64,000 bases of DNA, from positions 310,001-374,000 of the forward strand of contig RSEE01000061.1 of assembly GCA_003971905.1 (NCBI GenBank). The letters are read 5' to 3'. Source of the stretch: Moniliella sp. 'wahieum'. Lineage: Eukaryota. The notes beneath the pieces are model-generated. The model saw only the letters and a program-made list of their open reading frames with translations. It made no database searches and had not been told where the DNA came from. Below are positions 63,002 through 64,000 of this stretch, piece by piece (positions within the stretch are counted from its first letter, which is position 1; each line of letters starts with the position of its first letter). Both the position numbers and the translations under genes were made by a program.

Positions 63002-64000
63002 CGCCTAACGCTTAACGGCCAATGCCTCCCGCCTCGGACCGTCCAGCGGGTTACTCCTTTCCCCTCTTCTTTCCCTTGTTGGGAGCTCCATGGAACCAGC
63101 CACCTATAGCTCATGTTGCGCACCTGGTTGTCAAGCTTCAAGCCTCCTCTTCGCATCCATATCAGTATTGTTTCGCCTCTATAGCGTCCGGGTGTGGCCC
63201 CAGAGCAAAAGGCAACCCCCAAGCGTGGACGACGCGAGAGAGTCCTCTCTGGCGGATAGGCACAGGGGATTCAATATATTCGTAATTCCGATCTTAGGGA
63301 TATAGCAAGCCATAAGATCAAGCTATCAAGGTAAAAACAAGGCTGGCAGGCAAACCATACTAAGCTCAATTCAGGTGGATGGTTCCCATCTCTGAGCCAG
63401 TTTTGAGGGCAGGTCCAAGTAGGTTAGAATTGCCTGTGTGCAGTGGGCAGTTGGGTATAAACAGTGAATAAGGAGAGGCGAAAGAAAAGAGGAATGTGCT
63501 GTTTCGTACAATGGTGACGAGGGTATGCCCGCCCCAGTCCCATATGCGACGACGACTCTTTGCTAAGCCCCAGGCTCGGCCGATTCAGCGTCAGCGGTAG
63601 TAGAGAAGCATTGGCAAATTGGAACTGCGAGGCCGTTTTCTTCTGAAGCGGCAAGTTAGCGTGATAGAAAGAGGGACAAGATAACGGGCCGACGAACCAA
63701 ACATAAGGAAAATGCACAGTGGGGATGGGAGGCGTCGAAAAAGGGGTGTGAACGCGACCTAGTTCTTGAAGCCGTTTGTTTACGGATGACCCAGCGTTCC
63801 ACAATCCACCAACAGGGTCTAGGTCATGGAATTGGGTCCAACGTCATTGGGGGCCACCATCCGTCACGACCCACCAGTTTAGTGGGCAGAAGGCACAAAC
63901 ACATTCGACTTTGTCACCTGGCATTTTGGACAGGGACGGGTGGTGTCAGTGTAAGGGGCTTGCAGAGCGTGAGAGAGAAGCCCGGGGGGAGCAAACGGAA

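Overview
This is eukaryotic fungal DNA, most likely a GC-rich basidiomycete of the smut-like (Ustilaginomycotina) type. That placement is inferred from the short GT(A/G)YG..CTRAC..YAG introns and the protein content. About 19 protein genes can be read. In order: NAA50-type acetyltransferase, HSBP1, cytosolic seryl-tRNA synthetase, a 4-RRM Nrd1/Mrn1-like protein, mitochondrial uL24m, an AhpC/TSA-2 thioredoxin-fold protein, a cytosolic arylsulfotransferase-like protein, a Soa1/AstA-type MFS transporter, GIS2/CNBP, SCS7, RAD6/UBC2, VCX1, an unknown multi-TM protein, eIF5B, a saccharopine-dehydrogenase-like protein, a WW protein, an ECL1-family protein, a PH-like protein, a Zn2Cys6 factor and CAND1. 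There is also one tRNA-Ala(AGC) and a relic of an RLE-type non-LTR retrotransposon. Nearly every gene, including essential ones, carries 1-bp frameshifts. These are best read as assembly errors, so gene ends are approximate. Two signals stand out. (1) A recurring promoter architecture of period-7 tandem arrays built from a 6-bp palindrome plus 1 nt, where the sequence changes between promoters but the geometry does not. (2) A head-to-head arylsulfotransferase/organosulfur-transporter pair that may be a two-gene sulfate-ester scavenging module. All family assignments come from motif recognition by eye; no searches were run.
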